Shown here: one piece after another, positions 1 to 12,140 of the stretch
Layout of the letters: each line of letters begins with the position of its first letter
Position numbering within the stretch: position 1 is the first letter of the stretch
NCBI RefSeq assembly: GCF_006345805.1
Contig: NW_021835310.1
Location: 1-41,251 of the forward strand
Direction: 5' to 3'
From: Octopus sinensis
Lineage: Eukaryota
DNA length: 41,251 bases
The notes under the pieces: model-generated
What the model was told of the DNA's origin: nothing
What the model saw: the letters and a program-made list of their open reading frames with translations, nothing else
Databases searched by the model: none
Program-made: the position numbers and the translations under genes

Positions 1-74
1 GCGGTCACGATGGAATTTGAACTCAGAAGGCAAAGAACTGGGAAGGATGCCACAAAGTATACGAACGACGCTCT
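1..74 (-). mobile_element. Fragment of SINE family C head
   Basis: Reverse complement reads ...ttctgagttcaaattcc..., the B-box-containing segment shared with SINE-C copies at 36619, 37930 and 39738; cut by the window edge. Confidence 0.5.
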
Positions 75-221
75 TTATTTTCCGTAAACTGTACGCCTTA
101 GGTTGGTATATTTTATATCGACTCCGCAAGTATGACAGGCAAATTAACCTGAGCGTAAAGTGTTGGAATGTTGGAATAAATACTGCAAAAGTTTTCTATC
201 CGACAAATCTTCCAAGTCACC

Positions 222-279
222 CATCGATCGATCGATCCATCCATCCATCCATCCATTCATCCGTCCGTCCGTACATACA

Positions 280-313
<34 letters not shown>

Positions 314-345
314 CATACATACATACATACATACATACATACATT
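222..345 (+). repeat. Compound tetranucleotide microsatellite (ATCG)-(ATCC)n-(GTCC)-(ACAT)n
   Basis: Directly visible. Confidence 0.95.
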
Positions 346-654
346 TTATGCGCCCTTTTCAAGCCTAGCCAGGCTCATGGGCCCGGTTTCCCGGTTTCTG
401 TGGCATATGTTTTCTCCCAGCTGAACGGGACGCCAGTCCATCGCAGCGTTACTCAAGAAACAGGAAGAAAGAGTGAGAGAAAGTTGGGGCGAAAGATTAC
501 AACAGGGGTTGCCACCCACCCACCCTGCCGGAGCCTCGTAGAGTTTTAGGTGTTTTCGCTCAATAAACACACACAAAGCCCGGTCTGGGAATCGAAACCG
601 CGATCCTCCGACCGCGAGTCCGCTGCCCTAACCACTGGGCCATTGCACCTCCAC
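346..654 (-). mobile_element. tRNA-derived SINE family A, tail type 1, embedded in (ACAT)n
   Basis: Minus strand starts gtggaggtgcaatggcccagtggttagggcagcggactcgcgg...ggtttcgattccc (A-box and B-box); body shared with copies at 9089, 25976, 33931, 35182 and 39150; tail contains gcgatggactggcgtcccgttcag. Confidence 0.85.
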
Positions 655-722
655 ACATACATACATACATACATACATACATACATACATACATACATAC
701 ATACATACATACATACATACAC
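655..722 (+). repeat. (ACAT)n microsatellite
   Basis: Directly visible. Confidence 0.95.
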
Positions 723-723
723 A

Positions 724-1102
724 CGGTAATCAGCTGCCCGCTGGACACGAATGTGGTTACAAAAATACAAGAGAAAGAGGATATTTATGCATAAGGAGTT
801 TGCGAATCCAGATACCAAGGTAGACCTTCAGCTTCATACCTATTATTCGAGCAACATGACACATAACAGTCCGTATGGAGCAAAGTATGGCTGACCTTGA
901 AGTTTTGGGGAGACAACGCAAATCTTTAATTCATACGCAACAAATTCTCGCGATAGCTAGGACTATAAAAATTTGCAAGGCCTTTTTAAGATTTAAATGA
1001 CGATGGTTAACACAAGATGATTTCCTTCACAGTCTTGCTGCAAATTATGTCGCAAGCTAAAATTTACTCTAAATTAAAAAGAAAAAGAGAACATACATAC
1101 AT
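724..1102 (+). mobile_element. 3' remnant of an RLE-endonuclease non-LTR retrotransposon (R4/Dong-like or related clade)
   Basis: Manual translation with one frameshift and two stops gives VISCPLDTNVVTKIQEKEDIYA/IRSLRIQIPR*TFSFIPIIRAT*...LIHTQQILAIARTIKICKAFLRFK* (stop 998-1000), resembling an RLE C-terminus; followed by an A-rich 3' UTR and (ACAT)3, with (ACAT)n on the 5' side. Confidence 0.65.
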
Positions 1103-1159
1103 AGACACATACACACATGCATACATACATGTATACATACATACATGTGTATGTATGTA

Positions 1160-1203
<44 letters not shown>

Positions 1204-1254
1204 TATATACATATATAAATATACATGTATTTGTGTTTATATATTCTTTTATTA

Positions 1255-1451
1255 TTTTATTTGTTTCAGTCATTTGACTGCGGCCATACTGGAGCACCGC
1301 TTTTAGTCGAACAAATCAACCACAGGACTAATTCTTTTGTAAGCCTAGTACTTATTCTAGCGGTGTCTTTTACCGAACCGCTAAGTTACGGGGACGTGAA
1401 CACACCAGCATCGGTTGTCAAGCGATGGTGGTGGGTGTAAACAACGACACA

Positions 1452-1499
<48 letters not shown>

Positions 1500-1836
1500 C
1501 ACATGCAAAATTATGTGTTTATATATATATATATATAATTGATATAGGATAAAATTTTTTTCGGGAAAAAAATTTCATCAATGGCCAGCATATCAAAAAA
1601 TGCCTTTAAAGGTAAAAGTTATACATAATTTACAAGATAAGGGCAGAAGAAAAATTCTAATGCCAGATACTCCGAAAACAAAAAATTGTCGATAACCAAA
1701 TTGGACCAATACGGTAATAACGAATTTTTTAGGGATTTCTATCGGTTTGTTTCGAGACGCATAAATGTAATGGTTATCGACAATTTTTTGTTTTCGGTGT
1801 ATCTGGCATTAGAATTTTTCTTCTGCCCTTATCTTG

Positions 1837-1876
<40 letters not shown>

Positions 1877-2130
1877 TACATATATATAAAGATATATAGA
1901 GAGGGAGAAGAGCAGTTTAAAAACCCAACTCCATGCGTGTTGAATGGTCGTTATTTTTCTTCTTTTTTTTTCGTACCAAAGAGAAATTCCTTTGATTTAA
2001 TATAGTTTCCGTCTACCAAATCCAACCACAAGGCCTTTCGTTGGCCCGAGACTATAGCTGAAGACACTTACCCAAAGTGTCACGCAGTAAGACTTACCCT
2101 GAAACAAAGTTCTTACCACACAACCATGCC
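1255..2130 (-). mobile_element. SINE family B split by an insertion in its internal microsatellite
   Basis: Tail half 1255-1450 and head half about 1995-2130 match the intact copies at 22165 and 25075; the internal (CA)/(TA) tract is expanded and carries the 1538-1841 insert. Confidence 0.75.
1538..1841. mobile_element. (TA)n-flanked element with a 71-bp inverted repeat
   Basis: 1628-1698 is the reverse complement of 1771-1841 with one mismatch; both ends abut (TA)n. Confidence 0.7.
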
Positions 2131-2150
2131 TTTATATATATGTGTGTGTG

Positions 2151-2217
<67 letters not shown>

Positions 2218-2235
2218 CACACACACACATACATA

Positions 2236-3095
2236 CAGGGTGCGATGGGTAAATTGTCGCCATACTATGTTTTTAATTTCGCGCATGCGCGTTGTTTGGT
2301 TTTGATTTTATCGACTACACAGAACAATAGAGACAGTTGGGCACCGTCTGTGATGAAAACAGCACCATGACGCAATTCACTCAGTCAGAAATTTGGAAAT
2401 GACATGCTGTACTGCTTGGCATTCATGTCGGAAGCTCTAACACGAACAGATGGTGAACCATCCGTTGTCCGCAAAACTTGTACCGAGAGTGTTAAAAACC
2501 AAACATCCAATCAACATCATGGTGTATGGAGTGATCACCAGTGTTCATGATGTTATCCCTCCATCCATTTTCTTACATGGGCTCAGACTCAACACAGAGA
2601 CCTACATCATGTTCCTGGAGGAGGTAGTGTTGCCCTGGGTCAAGGTGGTTGATTGTTGGAAGAACCTATGTCTGCCAACAGGACTCCGCGCCATGCCACA
2701 CAAGTAGGAGAACCCAGTCATGGCTGTCAGGCAATGTCTGCGACCGTACCATCCCTAATATCTCGCCACGTAACTCCCAAGCCTACATACAACCACTTTG
2801 AATATTATGTGTGGGGCGCAGTTGAGCGAGGGACCAACAAAACTCCTTGTTACACGAAAGATTATCTGAGGGCAAGGATTATGGCAGCATTCACCAACTT
2901 AAACAAGGAGACCGTCCAGAAGAGTTGCAGGAGATTCCGAAGTCATCTGGAAGGCGTGGTTGAAGCCAATGGCGATATTATTGAATAAACTAACTCTTTG
3001 GTATTTCAAGATATTTTATGTAATTTTGGTAAATATATCGGTTATAACGAGATGTCAGTGTTATTTTCATTTTTGCCTAATTTTATAATCACCTG
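2236..3095 (+). mobile_element. Internally deleted Tc1/mariner element, maT (DD37D)-like
   Basis: Starts TA|CAGGGTG. Frameshifted transposase remnants KTKHPINIMVYGVITS...LRLNTETYIMFLEEVVLPW, QQDSAPCHT, and YYVWGAVE...CRRFRSHLEGVVEANGDIIE* (stop at 2988). 3' TIR degraded. Confidence 0.8.
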
Positions 3096-3127
3096 CGTGT
3101 GTGTGTGTGGTGTGTGTGCGTGTGTGT

Positions 3128-6100
3128 ATGCCTGCGTGTATATATGCCTATGCGTACTCGTATGTGTGTGTGTGTGCGTGTGCGTGTGAGTGCGTGTGTG
3201 TATGCTTGCGTGTATATATGCCTATGCGTACTCGTATGTGTGTGTGTGTGTGTGTGTGCATGTGAGTGCGTGTGTATATATTTGTGTGTGTGTGTGTGTG
3301 TGTGTGTGCATGTGAGTGAGGGTGTATATATTTGTGCGTGTGTGTATGCTTGCGTGTATATATGCCTATGCGTACTCGTATGTGTGTGTATGTGTGCTTG
3401 AGTGTATATATGCCTATGCGTACTCGTATGTGTGTGTATGTGTGCTTGAGTGTATATATGCCTATGCGTACTCGTATGTGTGTGTATGTGTGCTTGAGTG
3501 TATATATGCCTATGCGTACTCGTATGTGTGTGTATGTGTGCTTGAGTGTATATATGCCTATGCGTACTCGTATGTGTGGTATGTGTGCTTGAGTGTATTA
3601 TATGCCTATGCGTACTCGTATGTGTGTGTATGTGTGCTTGAGTGAATAATGCCTATGCGTACTCGTATGTGTGTGTATGTGTGCTTGAGTGTATATATGC
3701 CTATGCGTACTCGTATGTGTGTGTGATGTGTATGCTTGCGTGTATATATGCCTATGCGTACTCGTATGTGTGTGTATGTGTGCTCTTGAGTGTATATATG
3801 CCTATGCGTACTCGTATGTGTGGTATGTGTGCTTGAGTGTATATATGCCTATGCGTACTCGTATGTGGTGTATGATGTGTGCTTGAGTGTATATATGCCT
3901 ATGCGTACTCGTATGTGTGTGTATGTATGTGCTTGAGTGTATATATGCCTATGCGTACTCGTATGTGTGTGTATGTGTGCTTGAGTGTATATATGCCTAT
4001 GCGTACTCGTATGTGTGTGTGTATGTGTATGCTTGCGTGTATATATGCCTATGCGTACTCGTATGTGTGTGTATGTGGTTTGAGTGTATAATGCCTATGC
4101 GTACTCGTATGTGTGTGTATGTGTATGCTTGAGTGTATATATGCCTATGCGTACTCGTATGTGTGTGGTTGTGTGCTTGAGTGTATATATGCCTATGCGT
4201 ACTCGTATGTGTGTGTATGTGTGCTTGAGTGTATATAGCTATGCGTACTCGTATGTGTGTGTATGTGTGCTTGAGTGGATATATGCCTATGCGTACTCGT
4301 ATGTGGTGTATGTGTGCTTGAGTGTATATATGCCTATGCGTACTCGTATGTGTGTGTTTGTGTGCTTGAGTGTATATATGCCTATGCGTACTCGTATGTG
4401 TGTGTATGTGTGCTTGAGTGTATATATGCCTATGCGTACTCGTATGTGTGTGTATGTGTGCTTGAGTGTATATATGCCTATGCGTACTCGTATGTGTGTG
4501 TATGTGTGCTTGAGTGTATATATGCCTATGCGTACTCGTATGTGTGTGTATGTGTGTTGAGTGTATATATGCCTATGCGTACTCGTATGTGTGTGTATGT
4601 GTGCTTGAGTGTATATATGCCTATGCGTACTCGTATGTGTGTGTTTGTGTGCTTGAGTGTATATATGCCTATGCGTACTCGTATGTGTGTGTATGTGTGC
4701 TTGAGTGTATATATGCCTATGCGTACTCGTATGTGTGTGTATGTGTGCTTGAGTGTATATATGCCTATGCGTACTCGTATGTGTGTGTATGTGTGCTTGA
4801 GTGTATATATGCCTATGCGTACTCGTATGTGTGTGTATGTGTGCTTGAGTGTATATATGCCTATGCGTACTCGTATGTGTGTGTATGTGTGCTTGAGTGT
4901 ATATATGCCTTGCGCGTACTCGTATGTGTGTGTATGTGTGCTTGAGTGTATATGCCTATGCGTACTCGTATGTGTGTGTATGTGTGCTTGAGTGTATATA
5001 TGCTATGCGTACTCGTATGTGTGTGTATGTGTGCTTGAGTGTATATATGCCTATGCGTACTCGTATGTGTGTGTATGTGTGCTTGAGTGTATATATGCCT
5101 ATGCGTACTTGTGTGTGTGTATGGTTGCTTGAGTGTCGTAACTATTTGTATGTGTGTGTGTATGTGTGCTTGAGTGTATATATGCCTATGCGTACTCGTA
5201 TGTGTGTGTATGTGTGCTTGAGTGTATATATGCCATGCGTACTCGTATGTGTGTGTATGTGTGCTTGAGTGTATATATGCCTATGCGTACTCGTATGTGT
5301 GTGTATGTGTGCTTGAGTGTATATATGCCTATGCGTACTCGTATGTGGTGTATGTGTGCTTGAGTGTATATATGCCTATGCGTACTCGTATGTGTGTGTA
5401 TGTGTGCTTGAGTGTATATATGCCTATGCGTACTCGTATGTGTGTGTTGTGTGCTTGAGTGTATATGCCTATGCGTTCGTATGTGTGTTGTATGTGTGCT
5501 TGAGTGTATATATGCTATGCGTACTCGTATGGGTGTGTATGTGTGCTTGAGTGTATATATGCCTATGCGTACTCGTATGTGTGTGTATGTGTGCTTGAGT
5601 GTATATATGCCTATGCGTACTCGTATGTGTGTGTATGTGTGCTTGAGTGTATATATGCCTATGCGTACTCGTATGTGTGTGTTTGTGTGCTTGAGTGTAT
5701 ATATGCCTATGCGTACTCGTATGTGTGTGTATGTGTGCTTGAGTGTATATATGCCTATGCGTACTCGTATGTGTGTGTTTGTGTATGCTTGAGTGTATAT
5801 ATGCCTATGCGTACTCGTATGTGTGTGTATGTGTGCTTGAGTGTATATATGCCTATGCGTACTCGTATGTGTGTGTATGTGTGCTTGAGTGTATATATGC
5901 CTATGCGTACTCGTATGTGTGTGTTTGTGTATGCTTGAGTGTATATATGCCTATGCGTACTCGTATGTGTGTGTATGTGTGCTTGAGTGTATATATGCCT
6001 ATGCGTATTCGTATGTGTGTGTATGTGTGCTTGAGTGTATATATGCCTATGCGTACTCGTATGTGTGTGTATGTGTGCTTGAGTGTATATATGCCTATGC

Positions 6101-6302
6101 GTACTCGTATGTGTGTGTATGTGTGCTTGAGTGTATATATGCCTATGCGTACTCATATGTGTGTGTATGTGTGCTTGAGTGTATATATGCCTATGCGTAC
6201 TCGTATGTGTGTGTTTGTGTATGCTTGAGTGTATATATGCCTATGCGTACTCGTATGTGTGTGTATGTGTGCTTGAGTGTATATATGCCTATGCGTACTC
6301 GT
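3128..6302 (+). repeat. 48-bp minisatellite array (about 65 units): GCCTATGCGTACTCGTATGTGTGTGTATGTGTGCTTGAGTGTATATAT
   Basis: Period 48 (tatgcc at 3361 and 3409); produces 16-aa periodic spurious ORFs. Confidence 0.97.
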
Positions 6303-6776
6303 GATCGCAAGGCCCTGTTTGTTCCCTGGATTGCGTGAGAACTATACGTACAATCCCCAAGTTAGTGCACTTATCCAGCGCGCTTTCTCATCAGTCAAAT
6401 ATTGATTGGTATATACAGCTCACCATAACATGAACGTCTCTCTCAAACCTTCCATTCTGCAACTCATTCTGAACAATTCATAATATTGTTTTTAATTATT
6501 AAACACCAATCGTTGATTGATGGCACATTTCCAGATGGAATGTTCATCCTTAAAGGTTGCTCGCATGATAGTATAATGTTGGCACTATATGGAACATAGC
6601 GCCATGTTTCTAGCCGAGTCATCCTTCTATTCAGACATCTTGCTCTCAACCTATTTATATCTCTCTCTTTCATTCTTTCACTGTTTCTCTCACTTTCTCT
6701 CACTTTCTCTCTTTCTCATAATATATGCACACACATACACACACGCTCACACTCTTAATATCAATGTATGTATGTA

Positions 6777-6808
<32 letters not shown>

Positions 6809-6814
6809 CTTATG

Positions 6815-6847
<33 letters not shown>

Positions 6848-6879
6848 CAGACATAGTGATATCTACGTTTGTAGGTATG

Positions 6880-6938
<59 letters not shown>

Positions 6939-6939
6939 A

Positions 6940-7280
<341 letters not shown>

Positions 7281-7534
7281 GAAATAGAGAGAGAGAGAGA
7301 TAGTCTGAATGAGAGAGAGAAAGAGTGAGAGACTGAATGAGAGAGGGAAGTTTAAATGCAACTATGAATGTCCGAGACAAAATCATAAAGCTTAAGTAAA
7401 GAACCTTGGATTAAGTATTCTACATGTATGTTAATTTATGCAATTTTTAAGGGAGTTAAAACTGGCACGTGATGATTGCGAAGCGAACTTCAAAAGCATA
7501 AGGCAATTCTAGCACCTACATACATATAATAAAT

Positions 7535-7582
<48 letters not shown>

Positions 7583-7656
7583 TTTATATACATATGTGTT
7601 TATATGTATATACATGATATATACTTAAAATATGTATTGTTATACGTATATATAAA

Positions 7657-7712
<56 letters not shown>

Positions 7713-7828
7713 CACGTGACCAACCAGGCTATCAGATGCTGCTACACATCGCTGGTTACAATGCATTTCGCATTGTTTTTTCCATCAAGTAACGCCACTC
7801 GGCTGGCTAAGCGAGCAGGCCTATATAT

Positions 7829-7893
<65 letters not shown>

Positions 7894-8019
7894 CATAAAT
7901 CTATGTATGTATATATATGTATATATATACGTGATATATGCATAAGATATGTATCGTTATATATATAAATGCGCGTGTGTGTGTGTGTGTATGTGTGTGT
8001 GCATCAACGTGTGTGTTCC

Positions 8020-8535
8020 GGCCATCACTTCACAATCGGTCCTGGTTTGTTTATATTCTTGTAACCTAGCAGTTCGGCAAAAGATACTGACAGATTAAGT
8101 ACCAGACTTTAAAAAATAAAATAACTACTGGTGTCGAGTTGTTCACCTAAAAATCTCTTCGGGGCCGCGTGTCTTCTGCTATAACCTTGGACCGACCAAA
8201 TCCTCGAAAATGGATTTGATAGACGGAAACTGGAAGAAGCCCATCGTATATATGTGTGTGTGTGTGTGTGTGTGGTGTGTGTGTGTGGTGTGTATGTGTG
8301 TGTGTGTGTGTGTGTGCGCGTGTGTGTATTCGTACCCCCATCACCACCGGTTAACAACCTGTACTCGTGTGTTTACGTACCCGTGGCCTAGCGGTTCGCC
8401 AAAAGAGAACGATACAATACCAGCCTTATAAAAAAAATGTAAGAACTGGGATGGATGCATTCGACTAAAAGTTCTTCAAAGGGGTGCTCCAGCATGGCCG
8501 CAGTCTAATGGCTGAAACAGAATAAAAATAAAAGA
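8020..8535 (+). mobile_element. Two diverged partial SINE-B copies in tandem
   Basis: Tail fragment about 8020-8160, then body, internal (TG)n and tail 8165-8535 ending ggtgctccagcatggccgcagtc. Confidence 0.7.
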
Positions 8536-9088
8536 TAGATACTTGTATACATGTGTGTGTGTGTGTGTGTGTGTGTGGATGCACACGTGTTTGTGTACGT
8601 GTGTGTTTGAGTGTGCGCACGTGTGTGTTTGCATGTGTGTGCACGTACGCGCGCGTGTGTTTGTGCTTGTGTGGGTGGGTGGGTGGGTGCGCGCGTGTGT
8701 TTGTGTGTGTTTGTACGCACGCGTTTGTGCTTGTGTGTGTGTGTGTGCGTGCGCACGCATGTCTGTGTTTGTGCTTGTGAGCTTATGTTTGTGTTTGCGT
8801 GCGTGTAAGTGTGTGTATGTGTGTGTGTGTGTGTGTGTATGTGTGTGTAAGAGAAAGGAGCGAAATAGAGAAATAGAAAGAGAGAGAGAGAAGGTAAGAT
8901 CAAAGGTTAAACTAACGAGTAAAATCCAAAATTTAATAATCAAATTTTAGCCATTGCTATGAAAAGGAGATAAGCATCGCGACTGAGTCACAGACTCCTT
9001 ACTTTGCGAGTCCAGACAGAAAACATTCGTCTGGCTGGTTTCAGTGTTTATTAACGACTCATCAGAAAATCATTATTCAGCATGGGAC

Positions 9089-9431
9089 ATGGAAGCACTC
9101 CGTCGGTTACGACGACGAGGGTTCCGGTTGATCCGAATCAACGGAACAGCCTGCTCGTGAAATTAACGTGTAAGTGGCTGAGCACTCCACAGACACGTCT
9201 ACCCTTAACGTAGTTCTCGGGGATATTCAGCGTGACACAGAGAGTGACAAGGCCGGCCCTTTGAAATACAGGTACAACAGAAACAGGAAGTAAGAGTGAG
9301 AGAAAGTTGTGGTGAAAGAGTACAGCAGGGATCACCACCATCCCCTGCCGGAGCCTCGTGGAGCTTTTAGGCGTTTTCGCTCAATAAACACTCACAACGC
9401 CCGGTCTGGGAATCTAAACCGCGATCCTATG
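9089..9431 (-). mobile_element. SINE family A, tail type 2, 5' end truncated
   Basis: Near-identical in reverse complement to 33931-34496 without its insert. Confidence 0.9.
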
Positions 9432-10507
9432 AAACATAATTGTAAACCAAAATGAAAACGGAATTGTAATTTCTAAGTTTAACGTTGTTTAATAATTCGA
9501 ATTTTAACCAATGATATTCTTTCTTTCGGCCTCATATTATTTACTGCTTCTCAAAATATTGTTACTGTGACGTAAACAGCTATTTTGTGACGTAGTTAAC
9601 GTAAACATGTAAACAGACCTACAGATTCGTTTGTGACGTAAACATCCGCTCATTGACATCGTACACAGCTTTTTCAGTTCCCTAGAATTATATTTCAAAG
9701 AAAATAAAAAGAAAAAGATTCATACGCATAAATATCCATCCTTAGACATCAGAAAATGAGTGTTTAAATTATTTTCCCGTTTTGCATTGCTTACACACAC
9801 ACACACATACATCATACACACATACTAAAATTACATCGTTGGAGCAGTAATTTATTTATGTATTTTTTGTTATACAATTTATTTTAAAGCTGAATCCCTA
9901 TCCTGCCATTAACCCCTTTCTTATAAAATAGTTGAAGAATCTGGGTGTAGGTATTGGGCCAGTATTGGAACTTTTAACTTCCTGCTCTCTATCTTATGAT
10001 CTCCGAAATTTAAGAATCTGGTGTTAACTCGGCTCTTATTATTTACTCTGACTCTGCCACCACCTCAATGCAAAGACTATCAATATCAGAATCATCTTCA
10101 CAACCACCACTACAACCATTACTACAACCTCCAATGCCACCACCACAACCATCTTCTGCAACCACAACCCCAAGACCAATACCAGCATCATATTCAAAAT
10201 CACCAATTTCACCACCACTACACTCTGCAATGTCTTCAACTCTACCATCCATGAGACATCCTAACATAATCAATGCTACTACTACTATCATCATCATTAT
10301 CATCATCATCCACTGCCGCCACCGCCACCACCACCTCTACAAAAACACCAACACTATAATTTCTGCCATCATACACATCCACTGTCACCACTACACCACC
10401 ACTGCCATGATAACCACATCTACCACCTCCAACACCATTGCCACCACTATCTATGAGACATCCTAAGTTAGAAACTACTTTCACTTTCTAGTTGCTCTTT
10501 GAGTTGA

Positions 10508-10903
10508 TCTTTATATATAAAAGAAAGGTTGTGTGTCTGTCTCCTACGATTTAGATTCCTAACTACTCCCACATTTTGCGGTGCAGTTTAACCAAAACCG
10601 GGTATCTTATAGTCGTGATTCATATCGAGCCCTTCTGGCTATTAGCGCGCGTCTACGATGAGTCTACGATTTCAAAAAAATTTACCATCATTTTTTTCCA
10701 TTTTAATGCATTTTTTCGATATTATATAAGGGAAGTAACTCTCTAAAAATGTGTACGATGAGTCAACGATTAAAAAAAAAATTTACCATAATTTTTTTCC
10801 ATTTTTAATGCATTGTTTTGCTATTTTTTGGCTATAACTCTCTAAAAATGCTTATATAGTTATTTCCCTTACAAACCCAAGCAACGCCGGGCGATACTGC
10901 TAG
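10508..10903 (+). mobile_element. Non-autonomous Helitron (396 bp)
   Basis: A|TC start, CTAG|T end, subterminal hairpin cccaagcaacgccggg; same family as 18545, 19193, 23560 and 34668. Confidence 0.85.
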
Positions 10904-11783
10904 TTATATCTAATCTATCTCTCTAAAAGATGCAAAGCAAGTAGCATTAAATGGTGAATGGATGTGAGCAGAAAGAGAGTAAGTTCCATTCCAGTTTACA
11001 ACAATTATAGAATTATTCTCAAACCATAAATGAAGGGTGGAGAGGAGTGAAGGAGGAGTCATGTTTCCTCTGAGGGGTTACAGAAGTAATAAGCACTAAA
11101 AAGTGGAGTTTGCGTTATTATTTTTGTTTCATAGTTTACAATTATTTCTACAAATTCATTTTGACTTATCTTCAATCATGTTTATAAACGTGACCGCTGT
11201 GCCGTCCACTATAAACATTGATTAATGTCCTATATTTAAGCGATAGACAAACACTTCAGCATATTATTTTTTTGTAGAGAGTTGCGAGGGATCATTTCTA
11301 TGAACGGGGTATCTATACAACGGATATGACTACATCATTAATTGTGGAGTCGTTTAAAAACACGATGCAAGATTAAGTCAACATGGAATTTTTGAAACAA
11401 TCATAAATTGTTTATATTTTAGAGATGAGGAATTCTGTACAATATTTACATTTTTACATTGGACGGATATTGTCCTCATCTTGTTTGTTGCTACCAAAAA
11501 ATTCGGCTCTGATTTACTCTCCAGCCTTCATCAGGGTTCTGGTAGAATTTTGAATCCAACCCTAGGTTCTAAGGTGCCACGCAGTGTGAATGAACCCGAA
11601 ACTATGTGGCTGGTATGGCCGGTCAGGGAGTCACCTTTGCTTTCGCGCCTTTTACGTTCTTAGCCGTGGGAGACGTCTATATTGCTAAGGTATTAGAAAG
11701 TGTGAAACCAATGGTAACGTCCTGACTGGTCGTAAACCACAACTACATTAGATATTACTACGATATATCTAAAAAAAAACATT

Positions 11784-12140
11784 TACTTGTCTCAGTCATT
11801 CGACATATTCTATCGGTTAATTTCGTCGAACTTCTAAGTTGCGGGATGGAAAGGAAGTCAACAAGCGGTTGTCTGGGACAAGCGCGAAGCTAGCCCCCTC
11901 CGGCCCACAAACACTTATATACGACGGGCTTTTTTCAGTTTCCATCGTCCAAATCTATTTGACCTAGTGACCAGGCAGCAAATTCTGTCACACAGTCACT
12001 CCTACGCCTATATATATATATATTATATATATATATATATACACGTCCCCGTAGCTTAGCGTTTTGGAAAAAGAAACCGATAGAATAAGTGCTAGGGTTC
12101 CAAAGAGTAAGTCCTGGGGTCGATTTCTATAACTAAAAAA
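11784..12140. mobile_element. Degenerate SINE-B fragments (minus 11784-11960; plus 12045-12140)
   Basis: Motifs acttgtctcagtcatt, cgacgggctt..tcagtttcc and gatagaataagt..gtcctggggtcgattt. Confidence 0.55.

Noticed and set aside
3128-6302. CRISPR-like repeat/spacer appearance and long Cys/Val/Tyr-rich ORFs
   Set aside because: Spacers are the same TG-rich sequence rather than unique, there are no cas genes, and the context is eukaryotic; the ORFs are a by-product of a 48-bp period.
6303-6660. Unique-looking segment with a CTGATGA on the minus strand (near 6388-6394) and an IDGTF peptide on the plus strand
   Set aside because: No GAAA box or closing stems follow the motif; DGTF lacks the rest of a MULE domain; no polypyrimidine splice acceptor for the minus ORF.
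8990-9075. Minus-strand CTGATGA gtc...gac GAAT hammerhead-like string
   Set aside because: Only a 3-bp stem II, GAAA altered, and no stem I pairing.
10021-10484. Pro/His/Thr-rich ORFs of 69-132 aa
   Set aside because: Degenerate (CCA)/(CAT) repeats with no domain or splice signals; part is duplicated at 20617-20808.
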